NCBI GenBank assembly: GCA_963921275.4
Contig: OZ001293.3
Location: forward strand, 4,352,001-4,416,000
Length of the DNA: 64,000 nt
Direction of reading: 5' to 3'
Source of the DNA: an uncultured Hormoscilla sp.
GTDB taxonomy: Bacteria; Cyanobacteriota; Cyanobacteriia; Cyanobacteriales; Desertifilaceae
This document shows, one piece after another, positions 46,393-57,971 of this stretch (the stretch's first letter is position 1; each line of letters opens with the position of its first letter). Below the pieces are notes generated by a model. It ran no database searches. It was not told the DNA's origin and saw only the letters and a list, made by a program, of their open reading frames with translations. The position numbers were made by a program, and so were the translations under genes.

Positions 46393-46571
46393 GTTGGGGT
46401 TTAAAACCTCTCGGTTGGGGTTTTCAACCTCTCGGTTGGGGTTTTCAACCTCTCGGCTGGGGTTTAAAACCTCTCGGTTGGGGTTTTCAACCTCTCGGTT
46501 AGGGTTTAAAACCTCTCGGTTGGGGTTTTCAACCTCTCGGTTGGGGTTTAAAACCTCTCGGCTGGGGTTTT
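46393..46571. repeat. 21-bp tandem array, 8.5 units of GTTGGGGTTT(AA/TC)AACCTCTCG
   Basis: Read directly; two alternating variants, each a small hairpin, no spacers. Confidence 0.9.
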
Positions 46572-46782
46572 ATGTGTGGTATTGCGCCCGTTGGTAACCG
46601 TTCACAGTTCCCTGTGAAGAGTTTCCCACTAATACAACTACTTTTGACCACACCCCTTATTACCTGTCTTAAAATAGGCGAGATACCTGTTGGAATAAAC
46701 TGTCCGCAGAGCCTCAGTTATCGTTCCTAGGCAGAGCCTAGGAACGATAGCACCGATCGCGCAGCGTGGCGCAGCCATAGCT

Positions 46783-47193
46783 CTAGCCCATCAAAATCAC
46801 CGTATCAATTACATGAATTATGCCGTTACTCGCCTCAATATCGGCAGCCACCACTATAGCATTTTTCACTTCAAACGGTTCGCCACACCGAATCGGAATT
46901 GGCGAACCTTCTAGGGATGTTAACATCCCTACATCCTGCAATTCTGCCGTTGGATAACGACCCGCTACAACGTGATATGTTAAAATGCGCTGGAGTTGGG
47001 GAACATTCTGCACTAATGTATCCACTGTTCCGGGTAATAACTTCCCAAAGGCATCATCATTGGGGGCAAAAACCGTGAATGGCCCTGGCTGCTGTAATGC
47101 CTCCACTAACCCTGCCACTTTCACCGCCGTTACCAATGTTTGAAACGCATCATTATTTGCAGCAATTTCTACAATATTGGGCATAGCATCCAC
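46783..47193 (-). CDS. cupS: Fasciclin-domain protein CupS
   Basis: [30 protein letters not shown]; lies directly after cupA. Confidence 0.85.
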   Translation of the reverse strand: MDAMPNIVEIAANNDAFQTLVTAVKVAGLVEALQQPGPFTVFAPNDDAFGKLLPGTVDTLVQNVPQLQRILTYHVVAGRYPTAELQDVGMLTSLEGSPIPIRCGEPFEVKNAIVVAADIEASNGIIHVIDTVILMG

Positions 47194-47278
47194 CTGAATT
47201 TATTTATCTTGACCACAGAAAATGATAAGAGAATAGAAGACCTATTCTCTCTATCTGAATCACTAGACTAATGTCCGA

Positions 47279-48583
47279 TTAACGATAGTCTTGACGTTGA
47301 ATATCACCAAGCCGTGCTTCGGGACGCGCGAAGCGATCGAGTTGGGCTTCAAAAAATTGGCGATTTTTCAGCCGATGTTCGGGTTTGGGATCGTCTAAGG
47401 GATAAAGCAGTGCTGTCCGCAAGGCTTGAATTACAGCAGATGTCACGTTATACATCGATCGCTGGAAGGTAATGCCCAACTGAATCAACATATCATTTTC
47501 CCCCCGGCAATGTTGTTGGTAATATTCTACTAAATAGGGGGGCAAAAAGTGCAGCATATCTTGCATTAACAGTGTGGGAGGAATTCCTGCTGTGCCCACT
47601 GGGAAAACATCCGCGTAGAGAATGCCGTAGTGGAAATCTTTTTGCTCGTCGGGAACTTGTTTGGCTTGGGCGTTGTAGGATTTTGTCCCTCGGAAGGGAG
47701 ATGTCCGATAAAAGATGGCTTCTACGTAGGGTAATGCTGCTTCATAGAGCCACATAAACCCCTTCCTTTTGGGGATAATTTCATAACATTCACCCCGAAT
47801 GTAAGCATGGTGATAAATCGGCCTTCCTGCGGCGATGAAAATCACGTTCACCAGAAAATTCATCGCATCCGTGACGGTCTTAAATTCTCCGGCATCGTAG
47901 CGATCGCTCATTTCAAAGAATACCGGAGCCATCACTTCCCAAAACAGCCCCAAGTTGGCATAGTAGGAGAGTTCCCGTACTTTTTCATAGAACATCTCCG
48001 GGAATAGTTTATACAGTCCCAGCATCAAAGGGTTGAATTTGAAATAGGCTTTGATGGCCCGATCGGCGTTGGTGATGTATTCTGAACTTTCGAGGTAGTC
48101 GTTGAATTGGCCTCCCATGCCCTGATGCCAGAGCATGGCCCGCATGCAGGCTTCGGCAAATTCCATGTTAATGCGATCGTGCCAGAGGTGATGGAACAAT
48201 TTAGGGAGTTTTTTCTTTAACTCTCCTTTTTCCATAAACTCCAGTAATTCCGGGTGGGCGCTAGCTTTTCCTTTTTGCCACACCCGATAATCTGCCGTAT
48301 CCCCTGCATAGTGGTTGGGGAGGTCTAAATACTCTTGAGGCAGGAAGTATTTAAAGAAGGGCAGGGGATTGAGAAACGCTCGCTCGGCAATGTAGAGCAG
48401 ATCGCGCCAGTAGAAATCCATCGGCACGGCATAGGCTTTGTAAATGCCGATAATTTGCATCAAGTTTTCTGGCGTATCTGGTAACATCGAGCCGCCTGCT
48501 TCCAGGCGATGAATAATCTCAGCGTATTTGTGAGTGGAGGGAGGGAGTTGCGTGGTTGTAGAATCAAGAGTTGCAGACATCAT
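47279..48583 (-). CDS. cupA: CO2 hydration protein CupA (ChpY)
   Basis: RLEAGGSMLPDTPENL, HHLWHDRINMEFAEAC, AGIPPTLLMQDM. Confidence 0.95.
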   Translation of the reverse strand: MMSATLDSTTTQLPPSTHKYAEIIHRLEAGGSMLPDTPENLMQIIGIYKAYAVPMDFYWRDLLYIAERAFLNPLPFFKYFLPQEYLDLPNHYAGDTADYRVWQKGKASAHPELLEFMEKGELKKKLPKLFHHLWHDRINMEFAEACMRAMLWHQGMGGQFNDYLESSEYITNADRAIKAYFKFNPLMLGLYKLFPEMFYEKVRELSYYANLGLFWEVMAPVFFEMSDRYDAGEFKTVTDAMNFLVNVIFIAAGRPIYHHAYIRGECYEIIPKRKGFMWLYEAALPYVEAIFYRTSPFRGTKSYNAQAKQVPDEQKDFHYGILYADVFPVGTAGIPPTLLMQDMLHFLPPYLVEYYQQHCRGENDMLIQLGITFQRSMYNVTSAVIQALRTALLYPLDDPKPEHRLKNRQFFEAQLDRFARPEARLGDIQRQDYR

Positions 48584-48671
48584 ATTGGAGTTTGGAGTAG
48601 GGGGGCATCAAGTTGTCTAATAGCATTTTGTCAAAATAATATTCTTAGTCGGTTTTAACCGACTTGAGCTT

Positions 48672-50189
48672 TTAGCCGGGGGTTAAAACCCCCGGCGGGC
48701 TAACAGCGAAGTGAGGCATTTGAACGATCGCCGGGTTGTGTAATTCAGCTACGAGGCTGGTAGTAGTGGGTTCCATCCAGCGCAGCAACCAGTTGGGTTG
48801 CACACCTAAAAAGAGGATGATTGCAGTCATCACTAAAGCGGGCCATTGTTCGTTAAGGGTGACGCGGGTGTAGTAGGCGCGGGCATTGTCCAGCCTGCCG
48901 AAACAAGTACGGTTAATGAGGATGACAAAATACACTGCCGTTAACCCAGAAGAGATGATACAGAGGAGGGTGGGGATGGGGAAGGTGGCGAAACTGCCTT
49001 GGAAAACGATGAATTCTGCCGCAAACCCAACCAGTCCGGGGATTCCCGCGCTGGCCATGCCTGCGAGAATTAGCAAGGCACTGGTGAGGGGAAGGCCGCG
49101 AATTGGATTCATTAACCCGTTGAGAATATCCAGATCCCGGGTTCCGGTGGTAAGTTCTACAGTTCCCACCAAGAAGAACAGCAGGGCCAGAATTAAACCG
49201 TGAGCAATCATTTGGGCGATCGCACCTAGCACGCTCAACTCCGTGCCTGCGGCGGCGGCCACGAGAATATAGCCCATGTGACCGATGGAACTGTAGGCCA
49301 CCATCCGTTTGATGTCCCGTTGGGCGATCGCATTCATGGCACCGTAGATGACACTCACGGTGCCGATAATAGCCAAACCAGGGGCAACCAGCTGCCAGGC
49401 GACCCCGAAGAGTTGCAACCCGAAGCGTAAGAGACCGTAGGTGCCCAACTTAGCGAAAATGCCACCCAGTAAGATTGTCGTTCCCGGGGAGGCTTCAACG
49501 TAGGTGTCTGGCATCCAGGTATGCAGGGGAACCAGGGGCGTTTTAATCCCGAAACCGATCAGTAAGGCAGTCAGCAAAAACAGTTGTGGAATCAAATCCA
49601 GGTTTTGCACGTCAATAGCGCCGAACTCAAAGGTGGGGGGGGATTCACCGCTGAAGGCAATGCCCAAGAAACCCGCGATTACGAGTAACCCGGAAACAGC
49701 AGTATAGAGCAGAAATTTTGTCGAAGCATAGCCCCGTTTTTCACCGCCCCAAATGGCAATCAGCAGGTAGAACGGGATGAGTTCCAACTCATAGAAAATG
49801 ATGAAGAGGAGCAGGTTTTGGGCTATGAGTGCCCCGGCAATCCCGCCATTGATCAGCAGAATGAGGCTGTCATGGAAGCGGAATCGTTCCCGGCGATCGC
49901 CACTGGTGTAGAGGGCGATCGCTGTCAGGAGGCTATTTAAGACCAACAGGGGCAGGGATAGCCCATCAACCCCCAGGCTGTAGTTGAGACCGATGGGCTT
50001 AACCCAGGCATGAAATTCTGTAAACTGGAATTCCCCCAGGCTGAGGTCAAATTGACTCAGAAGATAGACCGTCCACCCAAAGCTGGCCAGGCTGAACAGA
50101 GTCGCGATCGCGCGACTGGCTTGGGGTTTTGGGTAAAGCACGATCGCGATCGCGCCCAGCAGGGGAATCAGGAGTAATGGCGTTAGCAT
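48672..50189 (-). CDS. ndhD3: NDH-1 subunit D3
   Basis: NuoM-type: GVDGLS, FYELELIP, KTPLVPLHTW, AYSSIGHMG; operon context. Confidence 0.9.
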   Translation of the reverse strand: MLTPLLLIPLLGAIAIVLYPKPQASRAIATLFSLASFGWTVYLLSQFDLSLGEFQFTEFHAWVKPIGLNYSLGVDGLSLPLLVLNSLLTAIALYTSGDRRERFRFHDSLILLINGGIAGALIAQNLLLFIIFYELELIPFYLLIAIWGGEKRGYASTKFLLYTAVSGLLVIAGFLGIAFSGESPPTFEFGAIDVQNLDLIPQLFLLTALLIGFGIKTPLVPLHTWMPDTYVEASPGTTILLGGIFAKLGTYGLLRFGLQLFGVAWQLVAPGLAIIGTVSVIYGAMNAIAQRDIKRMVAYSSIGHMGYILVAAAAGTELSVLGAIAQMIAHGLILALLFFLVGTVELTTGTRDLDILNGLMNPIRGLPLTSALLILAGMASAGIPGLVGFAAEFIVFQGSFATFPIPTLLCIISSGLTAVYFVILINRTCFGRLDNARAYYTRVTLNEQWPALVMTAIILFLGVQPNWLLRWMEPTTTSLVAELHNPAIVQMPHFAVSPPGVLTPG

Positions 50190-50254
50190 GAGTTGTTAAT
50201 TCTCTCATTCAAACATTCAAAATTCAGAATTAAATGGTGTTAAAAGGGTTTAAT

Positions 50255-52099
50255 TTACAAGATGGATAGATTCAAACCAGACAAAACGGGGTAGCAGAGT
50301 ACCAACCCAAACAGGATCGTGCCCAGCAGGATCGAGAGGGCATAGAACTGCACCTGTCCAGTGGTGTTGTATTTCAGGCTTTGACCGCTGGCCATCGTAA
50401 ATAGTCCGACCAAATTCACGGCACCATCCACAAGGATGCGATCGCACCAATCGATCGCCTTGGCCACAAATCCCACTATGGCAATGACCGTCACTTTATA
50501 CAGTTGCGCCGTGTAGAAGTCGTAGGCGAAGAAATCTTGCACGGCGGGTACGGGTAGGCAAATTGGTTTAGACACAGTGGGCAAAGCATAGAGGAAAAGT
50601 CCCACTCCCCCACCGATCGCGGTTGAACCCATTAGTAATAAGGTGGCGGGTTGCCTCACCAATGCCAGCTCCGGTAATATACCCAAGACAGCCAACATTT
50701 GCGGCAAATGCAGGGCAAAACCGAGTAATATTGTCATCGGCAACACCAATGCCCATAATCCTTCGGGCGATCGCCGCGTCCAATCCGTTGCCAGGCCAGT
50801 AAAGACTTGACCAAAGACCCGTGCTAAACTACACGCGGTTAATCCATTCACCAGTAACAGCAGGGTCAGCAACAGAGGCGGTAAACCATTGGCAATAGTT
50901 GCCAGCCCCCAGAAGCAACCGAGGGGCGGCACTGCCACTAAGGACAAAGCCCCGACGACAAAGCAGATGCCGGAAATGGGGCGACGTTGCCAGAGCCCTC
51001 CCAGTTGGGTAACATCTTGGGAAATATTGTTCAGGATGATGCCACCGATGCTCATCAGGAGCAGAGCCATGGCGATCGCATAGGTCAAGAGCAACATCAA
51101 CGCCGCTTCACTCTGTCCCGTCCCGACGGCGACGAACACTACACCCAGATAGGCACTGGTGGCGTAGGAAAAGACCCGCTTAATATCAACCTGGGCCAGG
51201 GCGATCGCGGCACAACTGACCGCCGTAAACGCACCGACCCAAATTTCCGCATTCGCGACCAGGGGCGAGAGGGCGAGAATGGGCTGCATCTTAATCAGCA
51301 CCCAGGCCCCAGTTGAAACCACCACCGCATTCCGCAGCACCGTTGCAGGCATTGGCCCTTCCATCGCTTCATCGAGCCAGAGTTGCAGGGGGAATTGGGC
51401 GCATTTACCCAAGGGGCCCGCAAGGAGGGCTAAACCCAGAAGGGTGGCAACTGTCGGATCCAGTTCTACCACACTGGCCCAAGCGGTCAGTTCGTCATAG
51501 TTCCAAGTGCCTGCCAGTGGATAAAGGGCCACCACTCCCATCAGCAACACCAAGTCACCCACCCGCTTCGTGAGGAAGCCATCCCGCGCCCCCGTCACCA
51601 CCAGGGATTGATTAAACCAAAAACCAATCAACAGGTAGGTTCCCAAGGTCAGGATTTCCAGCATCACGTAGCTGAAAAAGAGTGAATTGGCGAGCATCAG
51701 GGCGCTCATCCCGGCTTCAAAAAACGCGAGGAGGGCGTAGAACCGCGCCCAACCCCAGTCTGTTTCCATATAGGCGATCGCATATATCTGGGTCAGGGCA
51801 TTCAAGCCCAAGATTACGACCAGTGCCCCCACCGTCGTCGCCGAAGCCTCTACATCAAAGGCAATATCCAGATTCGCGGCATGGAGCCAATTGACCGAAA
51901 AATGCATCGGTGCCGACCAAACCTCCCGTAGGGCGAAGAGGCTATGCACCAAAGCCGCAAGAGTCATCAGCAAATTCACATAGCCCGCTGGTCGGGGGCC
52001 AGAGCGGCGAATCAGACCGGGCGACCAGGGCACCGTCAGCACTGCACCGAGGAGGGCGTAGAGCGGGACTAACCAAATGGTTTGACTAAAGGTATCCAT
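50255..52099 (-). CDS. ndhF3: NDH-1 subunit F3
   Basis: NuoL-type: GPRPAGY, DWGWARFY, GKCAQFPLQLWLDEAMEGP; operon context. Confidence 0.92.
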   Translation of the reverse strand: MDTFSQTIWLVPLYALLGAVLTVPWSPGLIRRSGPRPAGYVNLLMTLAALVHSLFALREVWSAPMHFSVNWLHAANLDIAFDVEASATTVGALVVILGLNALTQIYAIAYMETDWGWARFYALLAFFEAGMSALMLANSLFFSYVMLEILTLGTYLLIGFWFNQSLVVTGARDGFLTKRVGDLVLLMGVVALYPLAGTWNYDELTAWASVVELDPTVATLLGLALLAGPLGKCAQFPLQLWLDEAMEGPMPATVLRNAVVVSTGAWVLIKMQPILALSPLVANAEIWVGAFTAVSCAAIALAQVDIKRVFSYATSAYLGVVFVAVGTGQSEAALMLLLTYAIAMALLLMSIGGIILNNISQDVTQLGGLWQRRPISGICFVVGALSLVAVPPLGCFWGLATIANGLPPLLLTLLLLVNGLTACSLARVFGQVFTGLATDWTRRSPEGLWALVLPMTILLGFALHLPQMLAVLGILPELALVRQPATLLLMGSTAIGGGVGLFLYALPTVSKPICLPVPAVQDFFAYDFYTAQLYKVTVIAIVGFVAKAIDWCDRILVDGAVNLVGLFTMASGQSLKYNTTGQVQFYALSILLGTILFGLVLCYPVLSGLNLSIL

Positions 52100-52149
52100 T
52101 TCCGAATGGGCGATCCATAGGGGTGATATATTCGCCATAGCCTAGTAAC

Positions 52150-52245
52150 ATGGATAAACCAGGGGGAAGACGATAGATTATTATCTAATTTTGTCTGGTA
52201 CTGCATTGCTAAAAGTCTATGACTTGCTCCCTATCATAGATTGTT
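52150..52245 (-). promoter_or_regulatory. Possible LysR-type (NdhR/CcmR) operator upstream of ndhF3
   Basis: ATAG-N8-CTAA at about 52153, one mismatch from ATAG-N8-CTAT; the ndhF3 operon is a known NdhR target in other cyanobacteria. Confidence 0.35.
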
Positions 52246-52432
52246 TTATTAAAAAAAACAACAAAATTGGCTTATATTCATGATTAAGGGATATAATGCT
52301 TAAGCTTGGGCGTTGGCGTAGCCGGTCAGCTACACTGAAAAGAAACCCGGTTTCTGGCCCCCGCGCTCACGCCCCCCGAACCCGACTAGAAGATGGAGAA
52401 CCTATATTGTCATGACTCAATTTCCCTAGGTT

Positions 52433-52771
52433 ATGAAATTACCCAAGGGCGATCGAGCCGAAATATCCATGCAAAAACTGGTTGGTTATTGCTTGAACCC
52501 AGAACATCATAGCGGCAAACATAAAGCTAGAGTATTCAAGTCCCGCTTGGGACTGGAAGCCGAAAATGCCGAGCAATTGCGAGAGCTTATCCAAAACACC
52601 GCGATTGCAGGGGAAGTTGTCAAGCAAGATACCACAGATTTTGGTATACAATATAAAGTGGATTGGGCTGTACCCGAAACTGATGGGGTTCAACTGCGGA
52701 CAATCCGGGAAATTACCCCAGAAAATGTAAATCCTCGTTTAGTATCTGCATTCATTAAGTCAAGAAGATGA
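52433..52771 (+). CDS. DUF6883-like protein
   Basis: KLVGYCLNPEH.SGKHKARVF..RLG, PRLVSAF. Confidence 0.7.
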   Translation: MKLPKGDRAEISMQKLVGYCLNPEHHSGKHKARVFKSRLGLEAENAEQLRELIQNTAIAGEVVKQDTTDFGIQYKVDWAVPETDGVQLRTIREITPENVNPRLVSAFIKSRR

Positions 52772-53028
52772 AAAAATTTAACCTGTTGGACACAGTGGCG
52801 CTAATCAACTAAATTCCGAGATCGAGATTGACTTTAGTAGATGATGATTGCGAAGATATCGAAAGTTTACCGCCCGGGCAAGTAGGAACGATCGTTGAAG
52901 TCTACGATCGAGCAGAAGGTTGCCAATATTTGATCGAGTTTTCTGACCAAACAGGCTGTGAATATGCGATGGCAATCTTAAAAGCAGAAGAATTTTTAGT
53001 TCTGCATTATGAGTTAACTGCTGCTTAA
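52768..53028 (+). pseudogene. DUF4926-like protein with nonsense codon at 52810-52812
   Basis: MKKFNLLDTVALIN*...LPPGQVGTIVEVY...YLIEFSD..G..YA; ATGA overlap with the upstream gene. Confidence 0.7.
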
Positions 53029-53052
53029 TCAGGGGAGACGGCAATATCCCGG

Positions 53053-54363
53053 TTATTTGCTTTCCGAAAGAATGCTCAACTGCACGGCATCCCCGTGTTG
53101 TAAGGGTTTGCTACTGCGGACGACAAACCTTTCTCCTGGTTCTAAGCCAGATGTGATTAATGCTTGTCCGTCCGCCCGATCGCCGATAATTACCTTACGA
53201 GCAGAGGCTCGTGCAGTGTTTTCTACTCCACTGATTACAAATAAGGTGGCTACATTGCCTTCAAGGTCTGACAATGCTGTAGTACTGACAACTAATCCCT
53301 GACTATTTTGAGATGTAAAGCTTACTCGTGCTAGCAGTCCGCTGCCCAAACGCCCGTTAATATTAGGAATGGTAACTTCTACAGGCACCTGTCGCGCCAC
53401 AGGATCGGCGGCGGGGGAGATGCGAGTTACTCTACCAGGAAATTCTTGATGAGGAAATGCGTCTAGCTTGACTTGCACTGACTGTCCTATACTAATCTGA
53501 CCTAGCTGCAATTCAGAAATATTCACTACTACTTTCACTCGGCTGAAGTCCCCCAGCTTGACTATTTCATCACCTTCACGCACCAGGTTGCCCGGTTCGG
53601 TGACTTTGGCCAAGACAGTACCGGTAATAGGAGAAGTCAGTTCGGCATGAGACTGGCGTTCTTGTGTTTGCCTGAGCACTGCTTGTTGGGCGACAACGCG
53701 CTTGCGGGCCGCTGCGACAGCTTTTTTCTGGATGCTGACTTGTGCTTCTGCAGAACGCAGGATCTGTTGAGCGGCGCGAGCAGCAGTTTGGGCTAACTCG
53801 GCATCTTGTTGAGAAACTGCTCCTTCTTGGAAGAGGGTTTGCAGTCGCTGGGCATCAGCTATGAGCTGTTCTAATTCTACTCGCGCTTGTTCTACCCGCG
53901 CTTCCGCTTCTAAGACCTGGTTTCTGGCCCTAGCTATTTCTACTGCCCGTGCAGATAGTTCTGCTTGTGCCTCCATCACCTCCGCAACGGGAAGCGTATT
54001 ATCCAACTGGGCCAGAACTTGACCGCGAGTTACCTTGTCCCCCGCATCTACGCCGAGAAACAGCAGCTGTCCCTCCGTTCGCGATCGCACGGATACATGC
54101 TGTATCGGTTCCGTCGTACCATTAAACTCTAACCCTTGTCTCAGGGAGTCAGTGCGGGCGATCGCCACATCAACTGGTATCTTCGTTTTGCTAGACTCTG
54201 CCCTAGGGGGGTTATACCTTGCTTCTGCTTCTTGCTTGGGTATCCTGCCGCAACCCGCAGTCCCCATGAGAATTGCTACCAGGATTGCTTGCTGCCAAAG
54301 CTTGCCCTGAGGATAATTTTGTGCTCTCTTCGCCTGCGCATCGAATGGATCTAGTTGCCTCAT
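53053..54363 (-). CDS. Efflux RND transporter periplasmic adaptor subunit
   Basis: Lipobox TAGC, VRSRTEG, coiled coil, SPITGTV, GRVTRISPAAD. Confidence 0.9.
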   Translation of the reverse strand: MRQLDPFDAQAKRAQNYPQGKLWQQAILVAILMGTAGCGRIPKQEAEARYNPPRAESSKTKIPVDVAIARTDSLRQGLEFNGTTEPIQHVSVRSRTEGQLLFLGVDAGDKVTRGQVLAQLDNTLPVAEVMEAQAELSARAVEIARARNQVLEAEARVEQARVELEQLIADAQRLQTLFQEGAVSQQDAELAQTAARAAQQILRSAEAQVSIQKKAVAAARKRVVAQQAVLRQTQERQSHAELTSPITGTVLAKVTEPGNLVREGDEIVKLGDFSRVKVVVNISELQLGQISIGQSVQVKLDAFPHQEFPGRVTRISPAADPVARQVPVEVTIPNINGRLGSGLLARVSFTSQNSQGLVVSTTALSDLEGNVATLFVISGVENTARASARKVIIGDRADGQALITSGLEPGERFVVRSSKPLQHGDAVQLSILSESK

Positions 54364-54450
54364 GGTATTTTGCCCCCTTGTCGCCTCATAATTTATACTG
54401 TCTGACAGGCAACATGAGCTGTTCGTCCATCTTTTTTCTATTCCCTGCCT

Positions 54451-54705
54451 TTAACCACAGATACGCTCTCTCCCAGTATAAACATTAAGCCGCTGCTCGC
54501 GCAAGCATCCCACTAAAGTGATATTGAATTCCCGCACCAGAGACACTGCTAAACTACTAGGTGCGGACGATGTCTCCGGGGTTTTTGCGTCAGCGCAGCG
54601 CAGCCGCGGCTGCATGCATCCCGGAGACATCGGAACTGTACAAACGATCTGCACCCCAGCGCGTCAACTTTTCTGTAATAGTTCAAAGCTAGCTCGTCCG
54701 CTAAG
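54451..54705 (-). pseudogene. fdhD: FdhD C-terminal remnant with a 66-bp palindromic insertion
   Basis: SGRASFELLQK...IVCTV[22 inserted codons]SAPSSLAV..REFNITLVG.LR..RLNVYT. Confidence 0.75.
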
Positions 54706-55132
54706 TTAGTCTTGACATATAATCTAGTATCATATAGAGGTTGACGTGGTTGGCAGCAAGTTATGGATTGTCCTGCGTTTTATCTCAGCCGCGAGTTGTA
54801 GAAGGGGCTGTGGGACTTGTTGGCGATCTTTTGTAACATGATGTACTTGGGAGTTAAAGGTTGAGAAAATGGGATTCAGTAAGCATACCCATCCTAGTTC
54901 GCGAGGGACAACAAGCTAACGGCTCAGCTCTTCCCCTCGCGAATGCGCTGCGCGCACGCTACGCGATCGGGAGATCTTGAGTCCTGAATTTCTGTCAAGC
55001 TTTGCCTATGCACCGGTGGTTGCCTGTGGGAGATACTGTTGCTGGTAACATTAATAATAGGCAGCACGCTACACGCTACGCTATTTTTCGATTCAGCCAA
55101 TATTTTTGGTAAAAATACTCATAAATGACGTA

Positions 55133-57795
55133 ATGAACGATTATCAAACTACTTCTCCTCTCAGGGTCAGCGGTAACGAGCCACTCCTCTTAGACGACCC
55201 CGATACTGTCTGGTTGATTCAGTCTGGTTCAATGGCAGTTTTTGCCGTGAGGGTCGTTGATGGCGTTCCCAAAGGAGCCCGTCGCTATTTGTTTAGCCTC
55301 ACAATTGATGAAGTCCTGTTTGGCATTGGTGGCCTTGGGGATACTCGATTCCTAGCCATTGCAGTTGCAGAAACTGCCCTCGTCCAATTGAGCTTAACAG
55401 ATTTAGTCGAGGGAGGACAATTAACTCACGTGCTTCATTGGCGCGATCGCCTCACCAACCTGTTCGCCCAGACAGATATATCTTTGACATTACCAGCATT
55501 TGAAAGGCTCGAAGATGCGAATAAACTCGCTTCTAATCTCAAGGAACTCCACAGAGAGTTTAGATCCAGTTTAGAGCAACTAGAACAACAGGAAAATGAA
55601 AATCAATTCAGCCAATTTCAAGAGCGCCAACGGCTCAATCAAAGGAGTATTAGAGGCGCAATTGGCGACCTGGTTTCGATCCTCAAGCCCAAACAGGGTC
55701 AATTGCTCCCAGAAGGAACGCCCTTACTAATTGCCGCAGGGGCTGTGGGACGGGCAATGGGGATTGAAATTCGTCCCCCCGCTCCTTCGGAAGATATGAA
55801 ACGGATCAAAAACCCCTTGGATGCGATCGCTCGCGCCTCTCGCATTTGTACCCGCCGCGTGCTCTTGAACGATGGCTGGTGGCGGACCGACTGCGGCCCT
55901 ATTTTAGCCTACAGGGAAGCGGACAATAGTCCTGTCGCCCTGCTGCCCGCAGGGCGGGGCAAGTATGAAATCTTTGACCCCTTACAACACAAGCGTTTTC
56001 CAGTTACTCCGGAGACAGTACGGCAGCTATATCCTTTTGCCTACACGTTCTACCGACCCTTTCCAGATAAAGAACTCAACGCCCTCGAACTCTTAAAGTT
56101 TTCCTTCCGAAGTCTAGGGCTAGATGTCATGATTATTTTGATCGTGGGCATCCTTGCTACTCTTCTGGGCATGATCTTTCCCCAAGCCACTGGCATAATT
56201 GTTGACAAGGTTATCCCGAGCTCCGATCGGGGGTTGCTATTCAAATCGGTTTCGGCTTGTTGGCAGCTAGTTTCGGCAAAGCTACCTTCGAGTTAGCTCA
56301 GGTATTTACTATTTTGAGGGTTCAAACCATCTCCAACTCCGCCAACCAAGCAGCACTCTGGGACCGGCTGCTGAAACTGCCCATTTCTTTCTTTCGCCAG
56401 TATACTACTGGTGACTTGCAAAACCGGGTTTCTGCAGTTAATCAGATTCGCCAAATCCTCGGCGGCACCGTCATGCGATCGCTGTTCAGCAGTTTTTTCT
56501 CCCTGCTGAATTTGGTTTTGATGCTTTATTACAGCATTAAGTTATCCTTGGCGGCAATGGCCATCGCCCTTGTCAATATTATCTTCACTACCATCTCGGG
56601 AATCCTCACTCACCAGAAAACGCGACCCCTGCAAAAAATCGCCGGGGAAATCTTTGGCTTGACCGTGCAGTTGCTCGGCGGCATTTCTAAACTGCGCATT
56701 GCTGGAGCGGAAAAGCGGGCCTTTGCCTACTGGACGAAACAATACAGCCAACAACTCTCCTTAATCTTAAGCACCGAACTCATTGAAGATGCGCTCAATA
56801 TCTTCAATACTGTATTGCCCACAATTAGCTCCATTATCATCTTTATCTTAGCCGTTAACTTAATCGCCGAGGCCCAGACTCAAGCAGAAGCCTGGCTATC
56901 GACTGGAACATTCCTCGTCTTTAACTCGGCCTTCGGAACCTTTCTCAGCGGTGTAACCAACCTGAGCAATACGATGATTGAAATTCTGGAGGTGACGATT
57001 CTCTGGGAACGCGCTCAACCGATTTTAGAAGCCAAACCAGAAACAGATCTCACTAAAGCAGATCCGGGACGACTTCGGGGTAATGTTAATCTCGCGGGAG
57101 TAACCTTCCGTTACCGAGAAAATGGTCCTCTTACCCTCAATCAGGTGACTGTTGAAGCCAAGGCTGGAGAATTTATCGCCCTCGTCGGTCCCTCAGGAAG
57201 CGGCAAATCTACCATTGTCCGCTTGCTGTTGGGTTTTGAAACTCCCGAAGACGGAACAGTTTACTACGACGGTCAGGATATCACCGGTTTAGATATCTCC
57301 GCCCTGCGGCGACAATTGGGAGTAGTCTTACAAAATGGTCGCATTAACAGCGGCTCAATTTTTGATAATATCGCCAGTAATGCATTGGTCACCATGGACG
57401 AGGTTTGGGAAGCCGCACTCCTGGCCGGATTTGCTGAAGATATCGAAAAAATGCCTATGGGCCTGCACACCGTTATCTCTGAAGGAGGCACCAATCTATC
57501 TGGGGGACAGCGACAGCGTTTGTTAATTGCTCGGGCCTTGGTTTTAAGACCAAAAATTATCATTTTTGACGAGGCTACCAGTTTCTTAGACAACCGCACT
57601 CAAGCTATTGTCACTCGGAGTTTAGAACCCTTGCAGGCAACTCGCATCGTTATTGCTCACCGCCTGAGTACTATTGCTAAGGCCGATCGCATCTATGTGA
57701 TTCAGGATGGTGTTGTCCTACAGCAAGAAACTTTTGACTAGCTGGCTTCTCAACCAGGACTTTTTGCTCAACTGATGGCTCGGCAGATGATGTAA
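55133..57795 (+). pseudogene. NHLP bacteriocin export ABC transporter permease/ATPase, with frameshift at about 56243 and stop at 57739
   Basis: WWRTDCGPILAY, ALWDRLLKLP, GPSGSGKST, LSGGQRQR, FDEATS; natural end ...MARQMM* at 57795. Confidence 0.88.
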
Positions 57796-57971
57796 TGGTT
57801 AGTGGGTTCTATAACAGGTAATATGCCTTCCATCGAAAATACTAATGCCCTAGACGATTCGGGCGGTTCGGGCGGTTCGGGCTGCTGTATCACATCAATG
57901 CCGAGATTCGCTATATCCCGTACACAGCAACGGGATTAGAAAATTGATAAAAATAAAGGAGGTAGACAACC

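Noticed and set aside
46393..46571. Possible CRISPR array (also 7431-7540 and 62924-63016)
   Set aside because: Units are head-to-tail with no unique spacers
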